64,000 bases of DNA, from positions 62,001-126,000 of the forward strand of contig JAKMXF010000004.1 of assembly GCA_024704765.1 (NCBI GenBank). The letters are read 5' to 3'. The position numbers and the translations under genes were made by a program. The notes below the pieces were generated by a model, which saw only the letters and a program-made list of their open reading frames with translations, ran no database searches and was not told the DNA's origin. Shown piece after piece: positions 1-12,959 of the stretch; the stretch's first letter is position 1, and every line of letters begins with the position of its first letter. Origin of the DNA: Oopsacas minuta. Taxonomy: Eukaryota > Animalia > Porifera.

Positions 1-547
1 ATTAATGATTATTAGATAATTATTGATAGTCAAAATATGTGGTAATTCAAAGCCTATTAAGAATCTATAATTTCTGACTTGATATTTGAATTCTACGTAG
101 GCGAGTTACTCCAGATTGAAATTTCCAATCGGATTGAACAACTTTTACCAAAGTTATAGAGGAATTTCAATTTGTCCCACTTGTGCCACTATTTTCAAAA
201 AGTGGCACAGGTGGCAGGAAAAAGCGCCACTACAAGGAAATCAACTAGGGTTAGGAGGAATAAGTCAAAGTAATATTTTCGAATGATATGACTATGCTAA
301 CCCTTGAGTTACAAAATAACCTCTTGGTAGCGGCCACTTGTGCCACCTTGGGAAAAAGGTGGCACAATTGACACAAATTGAAATTCTTCTATAACTTTGG
401 TAAAAGTTGTTCAATCCGACTGGAAATTTCAATCTGGGGTAACTCGCCTACATAGAATTCAAATATCAAGTCAGAAATTATAGATTCTTAATAGGCTTTG
501 AATTACCACATATTTTGACTATCAATAATTATCTAATAATTATTAAT
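1..547. repeat. Long foldback palindrome (about 250-bp inverted arms, about 44-bp spacer); left end cut by the window edge
   Basis: 1-253 is the near-perfect reverse complement of 298-547 (e.g. GTCAAAATATGTGGTAATTCAAAGCCTATTAAGAATC vs GATTCTTAATAGGCTTTGAATTACCACATATTTTGAC). Internal TGTGCCAC/GTGGCAC motifs are repeated. No ORF. Confidence 0.9.
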
Positions 548-700
548 AATTAACACCTTCAAAAAGTGTAATCGAATTTTTTTTTGAAATTCTTGAAAAA
601 TATATGTTATTCTATGCAAATTACTAGATAGCAGCTACGAATATAGACTACACAATATATAGGAGCGGGAAAAAGTATACAATTTATGACAATATATTTA

Positions 701-729
701 TGTGGTCGAATACTTTTGTCCCTTGACTG
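701..729. mobile_element. Solo Tc1-like terminal inverted repeat
   Basis: Reverse complement reads CAGTCAAGGGACAAAAGTATTCGACCACA and is followed by TA at 730-731. It resembles the TIR of the Tc1 at 16265 (CAGGGTGTAACAAAAGTATTG). No partner end found. Confidence 0.45.
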
Positions 730-1654
730 TATATCTGATGTGTAAATAGTTTACTTATTTTAACTTTTATCGGTTGATACTAACAATTTGATTTTTCTAA
801 CCATATTCTGCTGCAAAGGAATGGTTAGAAAGGACCGGTTTCGACTGCACACATGATTGACATAAATAAACCGACGGACAGACATGGTATATTTAAGACT
901 TGGGTTTGCTTATTAGTGAGTATGATTACGATTATGATAATGATTACAAAATCATAATCAGCCCCAAGCCTGATGCTAAGACCTTTGCTCATCGCATATC
1001 CCTATGGATTTCAGGCGAAACTACAATAACTCCATTATGAAATAACCATAGGTCTGTCCTTGTTTCTATATAGTACTTGTAACAAGCCATATAACGTGTG
1101 AGGATAGTCTCAAAATTTCAAGATCGACAGCGGTAGTTGTATTAATGATGGACAATAAAGTCTATTAGTCCAATGCAAGAGATAGCAGAGCGGTACTGTG
1201 CTTGTAAGGCAATGTGTTTGGTTTGTCGCATGACTATAATCAAACTACCGAATTGGAATTGACTGGGTACACAAAGCGACATGCCAAATAATATAAACTC
1301 TGAAAATTATGTATTTGTGCTTTGCACCCGAATTCAATGTAGTTTGCATGCAATATTTATCTACCTCATTATATGTTGTTGGATTGCAAGTCCAATGAAG
1401 CCTTTTGAAAGTTCATTCAGAAAATCGTAACATATAGATCAATCTAAATAAAGAAATGCCGATTGGAAAAGTGTAGTAGAGAATACTATGGAAGGAAAAT
1501 TAGAAATAAATCTAAGATAGTGTTTATGAGAAAGAGAATAGACAACAACTGGAATAGGGGAGGTATAAAAATATGAAAATATGTAGCAAATGGTACTATT
1601 GAGAGAGAATAGACATCGATCTGCATGTTTACAGGAATATAAAGGCATTGGATT

Positions 1655-1655
<1 letters not shown>

Positions 1656-1697
<42 letters not shown>
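1656..1697. repeat. (CA)n microsatellite, about 21 units
   Basis: Direct perfect CA run. Confidence 0.98.
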
Positions 1698-1698
<1 letters not shown>

Positions 1699-2859
1699 CA
1701 ATTGTGTATGAACAATCTGACAGGTTATTCAAGTGCAATTTACATCATGTACTGCCAAAAAAAACAATCCAGATAGCTTTCTTAAAGTTCACGGATAAAA
1801 TAATATTTCAGTGCTTCTGTGAACTTCTTGAGAGCTTTCTAAAACCTTCTTTTCGGTACATTTTGTACTTTGCACTTGAATGACCGTGCTACTCGCATAG
1901 GACGCCAACAATTAAATAATAATTGTAATAGTAAAGCTGAATCATCTTTAGTCTCTTTTCTTAACCTTTTTGCACTATTTCCCACTTCGTAATACCCAAT
2001 TGTGAAATTTCCCTTAGAATCGAAAATAGGCCACGGTAACAAGTATTATTTTACTATAGATAACCTAGCTAATAGGTACCTTGCTTGTTGATGAATCCCA
2101 GATCATTAAAGGAGCGGGACCTGGAACGCGGTTCATTATGAATCAGGAACGGATGTAAACCTTTCTGTTTATTTGGACGGTAACACCTGAGCTCGCTGTC
2201 CAATTCTCTTCCCATAAATTACATGTCCCTTCAATATTTTGCATTTAATTAAAATTTTGCTTAGAAAAAGTGGTTGCTGGGAGCCTGGACTCTTTTAAAA
2301 ATTCACATCAGCATACGTACTTATGTATTTGTTGAAAGTGTTTTGACGTTGTACATTTAATATTTTCTCGTAGTAGATTTGTCCCAATTCTGTAATGAGT
2401 ATTATCTAATCAAATCTAATGCGTTATAACTATGGAAGAATGGAAGCGAACAGAATTGAATTGAGCTCCATTTTCAGGAGCTGAAGTTGGTGCACTCGTT
2501 TTCAGGGTAGGAAGTGATATGTGAGAAAATGAGGAGGGCTAAATGCTGCGGTGAATATACAATGTGATCTATCAACGACTTTGTATATTTCCTTTGAAAA
2601 TACACCTCAACAAGCAATTGGGGAAGTTGGATAGCCGATTCTAAAAATTGATCTGACTATTCTTCATATTGTGGAAGTAAGATATTTTTAAGAGGCTGTG
2701 GTAGGCATTAGAAAAGAGATACCCGTATAATCAGGGAAATGTCGTATTCTGTTCTAGTTTATTAGAAATCCAATAGATCCCGATTTATTGAGTCAACTTT
2801 AGTAATCTGATCACATTACCGGTTCAGAACTATAAAATAATGTAAACTGGCTCGCATAA

Positions 2860-3033
2860 TGATGTTCATTTCTCCCACTATCATAATAGCTATACCAAAC
2901 TTCACACTTCTTCTCGTACAAACTGCCCATTGCCGCAGATGCTCCGTACAAGTTCTACATACTATGTGCAGGCCCATAGTTTAGCTTGGTCTCCAAGCCT
3001 GACTCCAAAATAAGCAAGATATGCCTTCTTATC
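2860..3033 (-). pseudogene. Degraded Chapaev3-type transposase N-terminal fragment
   Basis: Minus strand reads KKAYLAYFGVRLGDQAKLWA / HIVCRTCTEHLRQWAVCTRRSVKFGIAIM with a frameshift. This matches KKAYLDYFGMRLGDQDKTWAPHTVCRSCVENLRQWTKGIRKSLSFGIPM in the element at 52847. Confidence 0.75.
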
Positions 3034-3918
3034 AAATTCAAAATAGGTTTCTGCTGTTCTCTCATAGTATGACTACCACAAATATAACAGAATACATCTG
3101 GGTTATTCAAACAACTTCTTCGTTACAAGCCATGAAATACAATAATAACTACATAGTATTTGAAATGGAAATCAATAATAAATGATAACATTAATTATAT
3201 CAATACAAATCATGCATGTGTGGATAAATTTATTGATATTATATTTCAAGACTTGAGTTAGGCACAAAATTGTTAAGATTTACTAAAGAAACATGAAATA
3301 GTTATGATAAAATCCCAAATTGAGTCCCACTATAAAGGCGAATCAGAATTTAAGGAAGTATAATCTATCTAAAAAACTAGAGCTGATGGAGCAAAACCGA
3401 TGGTAGTTTTGAAATCAGCAGATCAAGTATACTCTAAAATAGGCGTAAATTCTGAGGCACCAAAAAGTATTTTCAGTTCTGTTGAGCTGTGTTATCATTC
3501 CCTAAATTACTTACAGAGTTACTGCATATTTCAACTATTCATTATTAACATATTTATGTTTCTTTCGAGAATTATTTTACTCTTCGTGCAAATTTATTTA
3601 TTTGAACATTTTCATTTCGTTTTTCATGAATGAATAGTGTGTGTTTTCTCACATTTTAGTACGATGATTATTCTGACTATGCATTTGTGCATATGCATGT
3701 CTATGCATTTTATATAACTAGAATACAATCTCTCAAAGTGAGCACGCCAGGATGTGGCCATTCCAAAAGATAATTATCTTGTTTCTTCTCAAAATGTTTC
3801 CATATTCATACACAATTTCTATAATGCGGATACCTCATATGTGAACATTTTGGCTAATCCCCAGGGTGTTCACTTCCTGAGGGTTGTACTATATGTTATT
3901 CCGATCTGATTCTTTTAG

Positions 3919-4100
3919 ATACCTGAATGAAGATGAAGCTGAAGAAAAGTTCAAGACTAGAAATACCACTTTAAATCTCTCTTTGATCATGAAAGAGCTC
4001 AAACCAGTCAATCGCGATCAACCTATGCCAGAGGTTACTCAACCTAACATTCAACCACAATTCCCCAAACATGATGAAATTATTTGCAAATCTCCAAAAG
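3919..4100 (+). CDS. GTF2F1: TFIIF large subunit (RAP74) internal exon
   Basis: RYLNEDEAEEKFKTRNTTLNLSLIM resembles RAP74 RTLTAEEAEEEWERRNKVLNHFSIM. Acceptor TTCTTTTAG ends at 3918; donor AAG/GTGAAT starts at 4101 (phase 1). Confidence 0.7.
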
Positions 4101-4526
4101 GTGAATTGTGAAGCTTAGAATATGCTATTCGACTATGTATAATTCAGTCACAAATTTGACCCAGGTGCTAATCTTCGCACTTTGTACATAATGTATTAAG
4201 AAATTTAGAAAATTTCAATATTTGTATGCGATGATGCCGTAATAATTTCATCTTGAGTTTGCAATTGTTTAAAGTGACTATTTCAGGACGCTTGGCATAT
4301 TGTATGGTACCTGCGACTCAAATTTCAGCCTTCTTTCATTGATATTGGCTGAGTAGTGGCTAATAATGTGATTATTCAAATCCAAAGAATTGACCATGCA
4401 GTCTTATATCATCTATGTGTGAACTTTGTCAAAGACTCAAACATCTCCTAGCCAGGTCCAAAGTATTATCGACAAAGGTGGTATCTGAAATCAGCCCTGG
4501 GGTATTCCACTTGCTTCAATCAATTC

Positions 4527-5770
4527 CGGTTGTTAAATAAATAACGAAACTTTTTTCCATAATTCATATAGTAAACCTATACTTATCATAATTTATTGTC
4601 AAATGTTTCGATAAATTCCCCCTTTAATTTATACATCGTTTCCATTGTTCTGGTAACTTTTCGAGCCCAGGGGTATAGAATTCTTAGGGGTCCCTTTTTC
4701 CCACTGTTATATTTCATACTCCAGCCGTTTGAAATCCTCAAATCTCTTCCCTCAAAGAAGTCTCTTCATCTCTACAATCAGCCAGTAGTCGCTGGGAGGC
4801 AAGTCTGGGCTCTACGGGGGATGAGAGAGGCATTCGAATCCTAAGTCAATTGCAGCCATTGTCTTGCAGCTTACATTGGGCCTTATGTTGTCATGTTGCA
4901 GCAATACACCACGTGTCAACTTGCCTCGCCTCTCACGTTTAATCGCTTGACTCAATTCTTTCAATTCGTCAACGTAATAATCACTGTTTATGGTTGTCTT
5001 CTCAGGCAACCAGTCGAGGTGTATAATTCCTTCCCTATCCCAAAATATTCTTGCCATTCTCTTCCCTGCTGATTTTGTAGCCTTTACCTTGATGGATAGA
5101 GGTTCATCGCGTCTCTTCTACTGCTTCGATTGAGTTTTGCTCTCTGGTTCATAATAATGAAACCAAGTTTCATCCCGAGTTATATACGAGCCAAATGGTC
5201 TTCCTCTGCCTCGTGTCTTGAAAGTAATTCTTGGCTAACTCTGACCCTATCGCGTTTTTGTTCTTTGAAAGAGGTTTTGGGACCCAACGCGCAGTTACCT
5301 TCGACATTTCCAGATCTTCAGTGACAATTGAGTGTAGTGTGGCTTTTGATATACCTACCCTCTCTTCTAACTCCCCATGTTATTCGTCTGTCCTCGTCCA
5401 AAATTGTTTGGACCCTCTCAATAATACTGCAGGTTTTTGAGGAAGTCGGACGACCTGGATGAGGGTCATCGTGGACTTCCTCATCGCCATTATCAATACG
5501 TTCGATCCATCTATATATGGTGGCTTTCGAAGGACATTTATCACCGAAAATATCCTGCATTTCACGAAGAATTTATGAGCTAGTCTTCTCCTTTTTCCAC
5601 AAGAACCAAATTGTTTGTCGTTTTCCTTCTTGCTAAAATGCATTGTTGAAAAAAGTAGCCTATACAAATGAAACTTTATACTGACTAATATGCAAGTAGA
5701 GTGTATTGTATCGAACTTAGATAATCAAGTTAGGCTTGTAATCTTATTTTGGGCTTAGATATTTTCAATT
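4527..5770 (-). mobile_element. Mariner-family element A, degenerate, in the GTF2F1 intron
   Basis: Fragmented ORFs carry the HTH (IYRWIERIDNGDEEVHDDPHPGRP), IFWDREGIIHLDWL, LLQHDNIRPN and HPP*SPD...SDYWL mariner motifs. Several frameshifts; 5' TIR not found. Confidence 0.85.
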
Positions 5771-5987
5771 TGATAAGTTGTTATCACAATTATCTTTGGA
5801 GATTTTAACATAAAACATCGACCAAATTGTAATACAAACTGCTTACTCAACATGTAATATTTGGTGATTATGGGTGATGATATGAAATGTACCAACTTCT
5901 CTCTTTACACTTGTGTGTTTCTATTCAAAATAGAACCCATACTCTTTGAGAAAAGGTGTTTTAGTTGGGATTTGAATCGGCTCCTCT

Positions 5988-8651
5988 CAGGGTGTTCAAT
6001 AAGTCTTGTGGGTCATGATATATCTTAGGAAATAGTCAAGTAGTATATCTAACTTTCATATATTTTAAGCCCATAAAGTTAAACTCCATATACTGAAAAT
6101 TTCAGCTTATTCAATACAAATATGATTTTATGAGATAATTACGCTATATCAATTCCTACGTACTGTTCAATTTATGGCTTCAAAGGATGATAATTTCAAC
6201 CTCAGATGTCGAGCTTAAATATAGTTTCGCACAAAACTTAAGATCGAGCCCTACAGATCTCAGCGAATTATAGGAGATAATTTGCGTGGATTGCCCTTTC
6301 AGATCTACTGTAGAGCGATGGGCGCCCGTTTTAGGTCTGGTGATGCTGATGTCACAGATTTGCCTCGATCTGGAAGATCAGTATCTGCCACCACTTCAGA
6401 GAATATCGCACTCATTCAAAGTACGATCATGGATGATAAGTGCATTACTGTCAATCAGTTAGAACAAAGTATGGAAATTTCATCGGGAGCTATTCATACA
6501 ATTCTGACGACTGAGCTTGGCTACCGATCGATTTGTGGGAAATTGGTCCCGCAGAAGTTCAGTGAGAATCAGAGGTTGGCACGACCGAATATTGCCAAGA
6601 AACTCTAGGAAACTTATGAGAACTGCGATTCTAGACGCCTGACAGAGATTATTACTGGTGACGAGACGTGGGTGTACTATTCAACCCCATATAGCAATTA
6701 TAAGAAGCGATCATGGGTGAGGGGCGAGGAACAATCGGCGAAAATTCCGAGGCCCGACTCAGAAAACCTAAGATTATGTATACCATCTTCTTCAATAGCC
6801 ATCGAATTGTCTTGCAATTACCTTGTGAGAGTGGCAAAGCTGTTATTGCTACTTTCTTTACAAAGCAAGTGGTTCCAAACTTGATAAAAATTATAGATTA
6901 GTACGGCACGAAAACCAGAACCCGAGGAAATAAGATCTTAATTGATACAGTCTGACACGAAATTATTTACAATTATAAATTAACTATAATCCAATTTAGC
7001 ATTGATTTCTAAAGAAATTGACGATACATTTCTTGTATAGAAGTGATGGATATTACCTAAAACAATAATGTTACTAATTGTTAGTCTTTATCCCACCAGA
7101 GGCATAATTACCAGATCACACCTTTTTTCATAGGACTTATGAACCTAGAAAGAAAATCAGGTTTAAACGTTTCCAATTGAGACTATATCATACTCTCCAT
7201 TTCTTCAATTGTCTTTGGAGCGTTGACCATTATTCTGTGCTTCAGTACACCCCACAAATTCTGAATAGGGTTAAGATCCGGGCTAGTGGGAGACCAGTCT
7301 ATGCGTCTAACGCGGTGTGTATCTTTGAAAGCACATGGAAACTTTGATGTATGGATACTCGAATTATCCTCTTGCAATTTCTAGACATCAGAGTATAATG
7401 TATCTGCAAACTGAAACAGAACTTCATTTAAACATTACAATAATGTACTGAATTAAAGTTATGCTTGAATACATTTACTGGGGTGGCACCTCGAGCAGAA
7501 ATTCCTGCCCAAATGTATACTTTGGTAGTATGAAGTGGAATGTTGAGGATTGGTCGTTCACCTCTTGTCCACATTCGAATTCTACCCTGATTTAGACAGA
7601 TAGAACATTCATCCGTGAATATTATCTTGTGCCAGTGAATATTCCTGTGTTTCTTGGCCCAATCGACACACATTTTCTCATTCTGGGGAGTGATTCCCGG
7701 CCCTCTGATCGGAAATTTCTTAGAAAGTTCCATACTCTTTATTGTCCTCTGTACCGACTCTCTAGATATATTTAAACCCTGAGTGACCTTAAATTCACTT
7801 GCTATCCTTCTTACAGATACTCGTGGATTTTTTCGGAGCTTGGCTGCAAGAGATATCTTGCTAGTTTTAGACAATTTCATTGGTCTATCAGCTCCTTTTC
7901 GATCCTTCACATTTTTTGGAATCTGACATTGTAGCTTTGACATTATACACGGTCTTCAAAGAAACTCCACATCGCTTTGCAATTGACTTTATAGTAGTTG
8001 TTTTCAATTTTAACAATTCCGAAACCACTTGACGTTTGGATTGTTGCATTTATTTCTAAGAATTATAGTTCACTACAGAATAGGGATAAAATGCTCAGTA
8101 ATTGCCAAGGATGACACGGCAAAATCAAAGAAATGATATAAAAAATCAAAAATTTTGAAATTACAAAAATATGTATTATATTGTTTATGTGAAGTGATCG
8201 AGATATATCAATTTCGTGCTTTTGCAATATTCTGGGTTCTTAAGAAACAATCTAAAAATTGTTAATAATTTCGTGTCAGACTGTAACGCCAGTTCCATAC
8301 AAATACGCTTCCCAAAAATTTCTTGTATGTAGAAGGGTTAGAAACACTTCCCCATCCACCATACTCACCAGACCTAGCTCCGTGTGATTTTTGGCTAGTG
8401 TCCAAGCTTAGAATCTACCTTCAAGGCAAGGATTTTAACACATTACAAGCACTCGGCACGCGCCTGCACAAGTACTTCAAATCCATCCCGAAGAAGAGTA
8501 CAGAAATGTGTTTACAAGTGGACGGAAATGTTAAAACTTTGTGTATCTGCAGGAGGGGAATTACTTTGAATAAATAATATAGTGAATTAGTGTGTATAGT
8601 ATTTGTATCATATTCTATGATATCACCCGCAAGACTTATTGAACACCCTAG
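5988..8651 (+). mobile_element. Mariner (DD34D) element B, interrupted by a nested Tc1
   Basis: TIRs CAGGGTGTTCAATAAGTCTTG at 5988 and CAAGACTTATTGAACACCCTA ending at 8650. Motifs ITGDETWVYY, DN-ASSHT and HPPYSPDLAPCD give D34D spacing after one frameshift. Confidence 0.9.
6948..8283 (-). mobile_element. Tc1 (DD34E) element nested in mariner B
   Basis: TIRs CAGTCTGACACGAAATTATT(T/A)ACAATT at both ends; TA TSD at 6946-47 and 8284-85. ORFs 7428-7943 and 7183-7377 carry IFTDEC, EDNSSIH and SPDLNPIQNLW (E mutated to Q). Confidence 0.95.
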
Positions 8652-8678
8652 TATTCTCAAGTATTTAGGGCTTCAAAT

Positions 8679-8930
8679 TTGAAATTTGAGCAAAGATCCT
8701 ATATCAAAATTCGCATGCTTCTTGGTACTGGCCCGAAGGATAGTATTATTGACTTGGAAGTCGTTTACGGAGATGCTAGCCTTTCATATAATACTGTGAA
8801 GGAGTGTGCCAAGCGGTTTCGTGAAAGACGAGAGTCACTGGAAGATGAGGAACGAATCGGGCGTCCCAGATCCGCTGTCACTAGCATAACACCTCTGAAA
8901 TTCGCTGAAGAGTGGAAGAAGATCCTCATA
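8679..8930 (+). pseudogene. Mariner transposase N-terminal HTH fragment
   Basis: EQRSYIKIRMLLG...LSYNTVKECAKRFRERRESLEDEERIGRP; truncated at the single N at 8931. Confidence 0.8.
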
Positions 8931-8931
8931 N

Positions 8932-9030
8932 TATACAAATGAAACTTTATACTGACTAATATGCAAGCAGAGTATATTGTATCGAAGTTAGACAATCAAG
9001 TTAGGCTTGTAATTTGATATTAGGCTTAGA
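8932..9030 (-). repeat. Second copy of the mariner A 5' leader
   Basis: Near-identical, same orientation, to 5661-5760 (TATACAAATGAAACTTTATACTGACTAATATGCAAG...). Confidence 0.85.
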
Positions 9031-9121
9031 GCTGTATTAACTAGATATGAATTTGATATCTTGGTATCATTACTTATTGAACAACTCTTGTATGTTCTTT
9101 CATTTTTGTTTTTCCTTTTAG

Positions 9122-9702
9122 ATCATCAACAGAATGATAGTGACCCTGGAGATTATATGAACTCTTTACCTAAAGGTTTGTCAGAAAATAATAGCTTGTT
9201 TGCATCTTCATGTTCCTCATCCGATGACCAATTAACAAGCCAAGGAAAGTCTATAAAAGCATTGATTGGACATTCAGATTATCCTAGTATGAAGCACTAT
9301 CATAATTCTTCTTCTGATAGTGACGCAGATAATTTGGAGTTCCCATCAAAGTACGTTCATTTAGATGATTTAGTTGATGGAACCTCTTGTGATTCAACTA
9401 TTACTGGCAGTCTTAGGAACGAAGGTGTCCCTACTAGTCTTAATCTCACTATTAAAGTTGAAAAGGTTGGCCCAGATCTTAGGAGTCTTCATAAAGTTGA
9501 TGCTCAGCTCATTGAAAGAGAAGTTTTAAAATATCTTGCAAGAGGACCGATGAATAGTAAGACATTAGTGAGGAAGTTAAAACGAAAATTGCCTGAAATG
9601 CATCCAGAACACTTCCTACGAAATATTAGCGATATCATGAAGTCGTGTAATGTCGAGAAACATCAAACTAAAGATGGGAAAGTGATATTTCGATTAAAGT
9701 GA
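9122..9702 (+). CDS. GTF2F1: TFIIF large subunit (RAP74) last exon with C-terminal winged helix
   Basis: Acidic/Ser-rich linker, then EREVLKYLARGPMNSKTLVRKLKRK...KVIFRLK*, matching RAP74 EDAVRRYLTRKPMTTKDLLKKF...MHFSLKE. Polypyrimidine tract plus AG at 9120-9121; phase 1 joins exon 3919-4100 in frame (G/AT = Asp). Upstream exons not located. Confidence 0.8.
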
Positions 9703-10121
9703 CACATGTGAATTCAATTTTGGGCTTTACCACTGTTTCATTGATACAAATCGATATGACTAATGATTTATATATTTAAACATACATATTGAATAATATT
9801 ATATGTCAGGGGTTCTCAAAGTGGGTCATTGAAAAGTTTTATGGGGCCACATGAAATTATTGACAACAATGGGAGGCACCACAGTCCATAGGGGAGGCAT
9901 TGAAATCTTTGAGATATTTCATTTTCAGTCCGAATATCTAACTATGCGTAATTAATATTGAAGCCACTAAGCTAGCGTGGTGTTAAGAACAAAGGAATTC
10001 TCAATCTATCTTTCTACCAATTGTCACTCATTAATAAGTAGCATTGTTGTCAGCGATTTTTTCATTCCATAAGAGTGGTATGATTTGTCTATAGGCAATC
10101 CAATATAATAATCATGACTCC

Positions 10122-12832
10122 TATAGGCGTAAAGTTTTGTCCAAAAGTCACAAAATCTGGGGGCTGCGGGCGTGAATACAACATACGTCAGCACATGATT
10201 AACCGTAACTAACTCAAAGATATAATTTTCTACTATTAGTCTATTGCAATCTCTTATTAAATGGATGGCTTAGGTCCGAACAAGTTACGGCCCTGCATTG
10301 TTCTGCCAATAAACTCTTCCATTAGAGGTCTGATACCCATTTCTTTAGTGATATCCTTATGTGCTGCAAGAACAGCGCAGTGATTGAGGCGCTGCTGAGA
10401 CTGACAATTTCTCAGCCATGTGTGGATCCTCCTCCTCATACTAAAGGAGCGCTCAGTCTCACACACTGATACTGGTAGACATACATAAATGGTGCATATC
10501 ATGTGCAGATTTGGTAGTAGAAACCTGAGTGCTGTTTCTTCTACGAAATTCGAACGCAGAATTTTGATGGTTGGTTCGACTTGAGTTCCTTCACATAGGG
10601 CGAACCAATTGCGCCAATCTTGCCTGAGCATCTCAAACTGTACATCACCTTCATAGAATTGAACCAATTCAGTTAAATCTGCATCTGACATTTGGGGTCT
10701 TCTAGAGATTAGCGCAACAGTTCCACCATTCCTAAGTCATTAGCAGAATACCTATCTGTGAGTGCATTCGAACAAACATTCATCACAGCCAAATATAGAC
10801 CAGTGTAAAACTCTTTTATTTGTTCTTCTGTCACCGGGTTCTGGGTAGCAGCTCGAGTCTGTGTGCCACGTGCCCGTTCAACTCTGAGAAATGCAGGCAG
10901 GTCCAGATGTAGGTCATCAAGGGCCGAAAACTTAGCAACGACGTACAGCCTCGCTGCGTTTGTGCAGTTGATTGGTTCAGCCGAAAGAGATAAGGCCAAA
11001 GTACCAACACAGTTTCTGACTTCTCCTGCTGTAGTATGCCTGCTCTGGCATTGCACATGAATTGGGTGAACTTTCCATAGAACAGCCTAGATAATTCTGA
11101 GGCAAAAATAGTTCTGAAATGACTCAAGACCCCTAAGATAACTCTCGGCCCACTCTTTGTTCTTAGCAGGCTCGGTGCAATCATTCTTAAGTTCATCCAT
11201 GAACTCCAAAATAGAGGCGTAATGAGCTAAGAAAGTGTCCACAGCAGGCAATCGCATCACTCAGCGTGTAGGACAAAGAGGTCTGAGAACAATGTTGTGA
11301 AGGTGAGGATTATCATCCATCTCCAGATCTTAGACGATATTGTTGAATCTGTTGAGCTTCTTTGGTGAATTCTTGATGAAGTGGACCATATAATTCATAC
11401 GCTCTAGGGCTATGGACACCTCGGGAATCACTCCCAATGAATCTTTGACGCACAAGTTCAACTGGTGGCCGAGACAATACAGGTACAATGCTTTTGAAGT
11501 TTCAATCGATAGTTTAGCCTGCAGCCCATTATGTTTTCCGGCAACATTTGCTCGAGGCAGTATAGGAACAGGAGCTTAGGGCCTTTTTCCATCTGGTTTT
11601 CGATCGTTACTTCAGAAGTGTTCTACCAGAAGAGTGTCGGCGTTAGTTCTAATTGTTGTGTGAAAACCTAGAAAGACCTCTTCACTTTCCATATGGGCAT
11701 TACAGAAACGAATGCAGAAGGAAACTTGCTCCTTCCTGTTGATGTCGGATGTCTCATCCAGAATTATTGAGTATATAGGCTGTTCTTCAGCGCGCGTTCT
11801 TCCTACAGATTCCGATTTAATGCGAGTAATAAGATGGCGCTGGAGGTCATGGGCGAAGATCTTCAAAATCTCGTTCTGGGACTGAGGTGTCAGATATTTC
11901 AATTTGTTGTCAGCAGTGATGTAGTTTTGAACAGAAGTATTGAACTTTTCAATTAACTTGAACAAGCAATTTAAGTTGGCAGTGTTATCTTCATCACGGT
12001 GACCACGCAAAGCCAGACCCTGGTGCCACATACTCTTACAACCTCGAACAAAGCCTCCGGGCCAATCCTGTTCTGCTCGTACTCATTCGCGACCCGTTCA
12101 TCTAAAATCACCCGATGCATGAGTGCCAGTTTTACCGCATTCAGCGCGTATTATCCCCTCTTATGAATTCCACTACCGTGGTGTTTCAAGATCCCATCAC
12201 GCCCCTTTTTGAAGTCGGCCCATCCAGCCTCTCTGTTGATCCACAACATATTATTGCCACCTTCATATGTTCTCGTGTCAGCATGGTTGAAATGCTTGAC
12301 TTGAGAGCCCAAAAACAGGTCATACAGTACAACGATTTCCTGTCTTCTGCCAACTTCAACCAGGAAAACTCTCCAAACTAGCTACTGTTCGTCTTGTGAT
12401 TTGATGTGTCCATCTTAGGCATCGGGTCAGGAAGTTCGTACATGTTCTGGGTATCAGGGAGCCCCAGTTCAATGACTTCAATAGGAGAAATAGAGTTCGT
12501 GTAGCCAAGTTCTTCACCATGCTCAGCAATCTGCAGAACATTTCCCAAGTTCTCTAATACGGAAGCCGTGGTTTCTACGGGAGAAGTCATCTGCTTCTTG
12601 GAAATGAAGGGGTCAAAAGAGTTTGACCTTCCTTCCTTTTCGTGAACTGCTCTGCCATAACAAGGAGGAATAATATTATACTTAGGAAGTATTCAGTACC
12701 TAAGATAATTAGCAAAGACTAATCTACAAAAAAGATAACAAAATTGAAGTAAAATACACAAAATCTTCTCAAAAGACCGGGGGGGCGGAAGCACCTTCGC
12801 CCCCCCGGCGACTCCCAGACTTTACGCCTATG
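10122..12832 (-). mobile_element. hAT element, ZMYM1/THAP12-like transposase, full length but frameshifted
   Basis: TIR (C/T)ATAGGCGTAAAGT at both ends; exact 8-bp TSD ATGACTCC at 10114-21 and 12833-40. Motifs HQGLALRGHRDE, IILDETSDINRKEQ, LCPTR (broken) and PVSVCETERSFS...RLNHCAVL (hAT dimerisation). Confidence 0.95.
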
Positions 12833-12857
12833 ATGACTCCTATATACTTTCTATATA

Positions 12858-12959
12858 CAGTGGACTCTCTGAATAACGGACACGTTGGGGACATGGGTTC
12901 TTGTCAGGTGTAGAGGAGTTGTCCGCTACTCGGAATCTCCGTTTTGGGAGATTCCACTG
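12858..12959. mobile_element. About 100-bp pogo/Tigger-type MITE
   Basis: Ends CAGTGGACTCTC ... GAGATTCCACTG are inverted; TA on the left, TG on the right. Confidence 0.6.

Noticed and set aside
1439-1883. ORFs with CVCVCV or HTHTHT runs
   Set aside because: Products of the (CA)n microsatellite.
3400-3900. Candidate upstream GTF2F1 exons (e.g. DTSYVNILANPQG; AG...GT block 3660-3737)
   Set aside because: Similarity is weak and no donor has the phase needed to join the acceptor at 3918.
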